Shown: positions 20,603 through 22,070 of the stretch, one piece after another
Layout: each line of letters opens with the position of its first letter
How positions within the stretch are numbered: the stretch's first letter is position 1
DNA from: Octopus sinensis
Taxonomy: Eukaryota
Length of the DNA: 22,070 bases
Reading direction: 5' to 3'
Assembly: GCF_006345805.1 (NCBI RefSeq)
Contig: NW_021823572.1
Span: 1 to 22,070, forward strand
The notes under the pieces: model-generated
Databases searched by the model: none
What the model saw: only the letters and a program-made list of their open reading frames with translations
Told to the model about the DNA's origin: nothing
Made by a program: the position numbers and the translations under genes

Positions 20603-20880
20603 TGTATGTATGTATGTATGTATGTATGTATGTATGTATGTATGTATGTATGTATGTATGTATGCATGCATGCATGTATGTATTGTGTATGTATTTATGT
20701 ATGTAAGTATGTATGCATGTATGTATGTATATATGTATGTATGTATATATGTATGCATGTTTGTATTTATGTATGTATGTATGTATTTATGTATGTATGT
20801 ATGTATGCATGTATGTATGTATGCATCTATGTATGTATGTATGTACTTATGTATGTATATATGTATGTGTGCATGTGTAT
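20574..20880. repeat. (TATG)n array
   Basis: Direct reading. Confidence 0.95.
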
Positions 20881-21242
20881 CTGAGCGGTGTGTGTCTGTG
20901 TGTGTATGCGTGTGCGAGTGTGCTGGAGTAGATTTAATCGAATAGTACCTACCTTGGATGTATTTCCTTGTGTCCATGCATGAAATGAAGTTTAGTGAAC
21001 ATAGAAACGTGCGAGTGTATTTAAACTACGATGTTATACTTACGACATACCAAAAGCTCCCAGCGTATTGAATCATTTGTGAATGACTGGCGTTGAGAAT
21101 TACCCAACAACAGTCTCCAGTTGGTTTAATTGATGCCGACGCAGACGGATTATTTTACTGTCTGCTCTCTGTGATTCTATCAAGCCAATTATCGGTGTCT
21201 TACACATTGATCTGCCTCAGTTATTAATGAATCATTTCAAAC

Positions 21243-21540
<298 letters not shown>

Positions 21541-21542
21541 GA

Positions 21543-21925
21543 GAGGATGTGTGGTAAGAAGCTTAGTTCCGGTTCAGTTCTACTGCGTGGGAAATGTTTC
21601 CTAGTATAGCCTCGGGGTCGACCAAAGCCTTGTAAGTGGATCTTGCAGACGGAAACCGAAAGAAGCCCAGCGTGTAGTAAGTATATATCTATGTGTGTAT
21701 GTTTTTGCCTTTGTCTTTGTCCACAACCACTGCATGACATTTATTGTTGATATGTTTATAGACAAATCCTGCAACTCGTGGTTCGAAAAAGTGACCGTTA
21801 GATTAAGTACTAGGCTTGAATAAATTAAGTACCAGGGGTCAATTCGTTTGACTAAAACCCCTCAAGGTGCTGCTCCTGAATGGCTGCTGTCTAATGACTG
21901 AAACAAATACAAAATAAAAGATAAA
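21543..21925 (+). mobile_element. Near full-length degenerate tRNA-derived SINE
   Basis: Head tgtgtggtaagaagctt..ggttcagttctactgcgtgg; middle ctcggggtcgaccaaagccttgtaagtggat...gacggaaaccgaaagaagccc; 3' half homologous to 3571-3766; A-rich tail. Confidence 0.85.
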
Positions 21926-22070
21926 TATATGAGTATACGTTATCTGGGAGATACTTCGTGCAGTAGAAGAAATAGCTAAGTTCTTTGGCTGCTATTTCTA
22001 AAAGTTCGGTATGTGGCAAAGCAAATTCTTTTGCTGAACCCTAATTATATTATAACTCATAATGTATAAA

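Overview
Repeat-dense, AT-rich animal DNA. The SINE, LINE and microsatellite content points to an octopus or other cephalopod (inference). No intact host gene is supported, and nearly all listed ORFs are translations of microsatellites. Recognisable coding remnants are a 5'-truncated, frameshifted Tx1/L1-clade LINE inside a (TATC)n array (5968-9234, +), a CR1-clade 3' fragment (about 12590-13350, -), and three R4/Dong-like RLE-retrotransposon fragments, each inside (CATA/TATG)n arrays. Non-coding mobile elements include an internally deleted RTE-like element and several tRNA-type SINE pieces. The main signal is a cluster of about 11 type I hammerhead-ribozyme motifs between 9922 and 17901, from at least six different short non-coding elements mostly flanked by (TA)n. 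Many have minimal or palindromic stem III and unusual core variants. Three head-to-head fold-back structures lie in the same interval, including a loop-less palindrome of about 330 bp with a hammerhead on each arm. This fits non-autonomous Penelope-like or retrozyme-type elements, and suggests different retroelements occupy different microsatellite niches.
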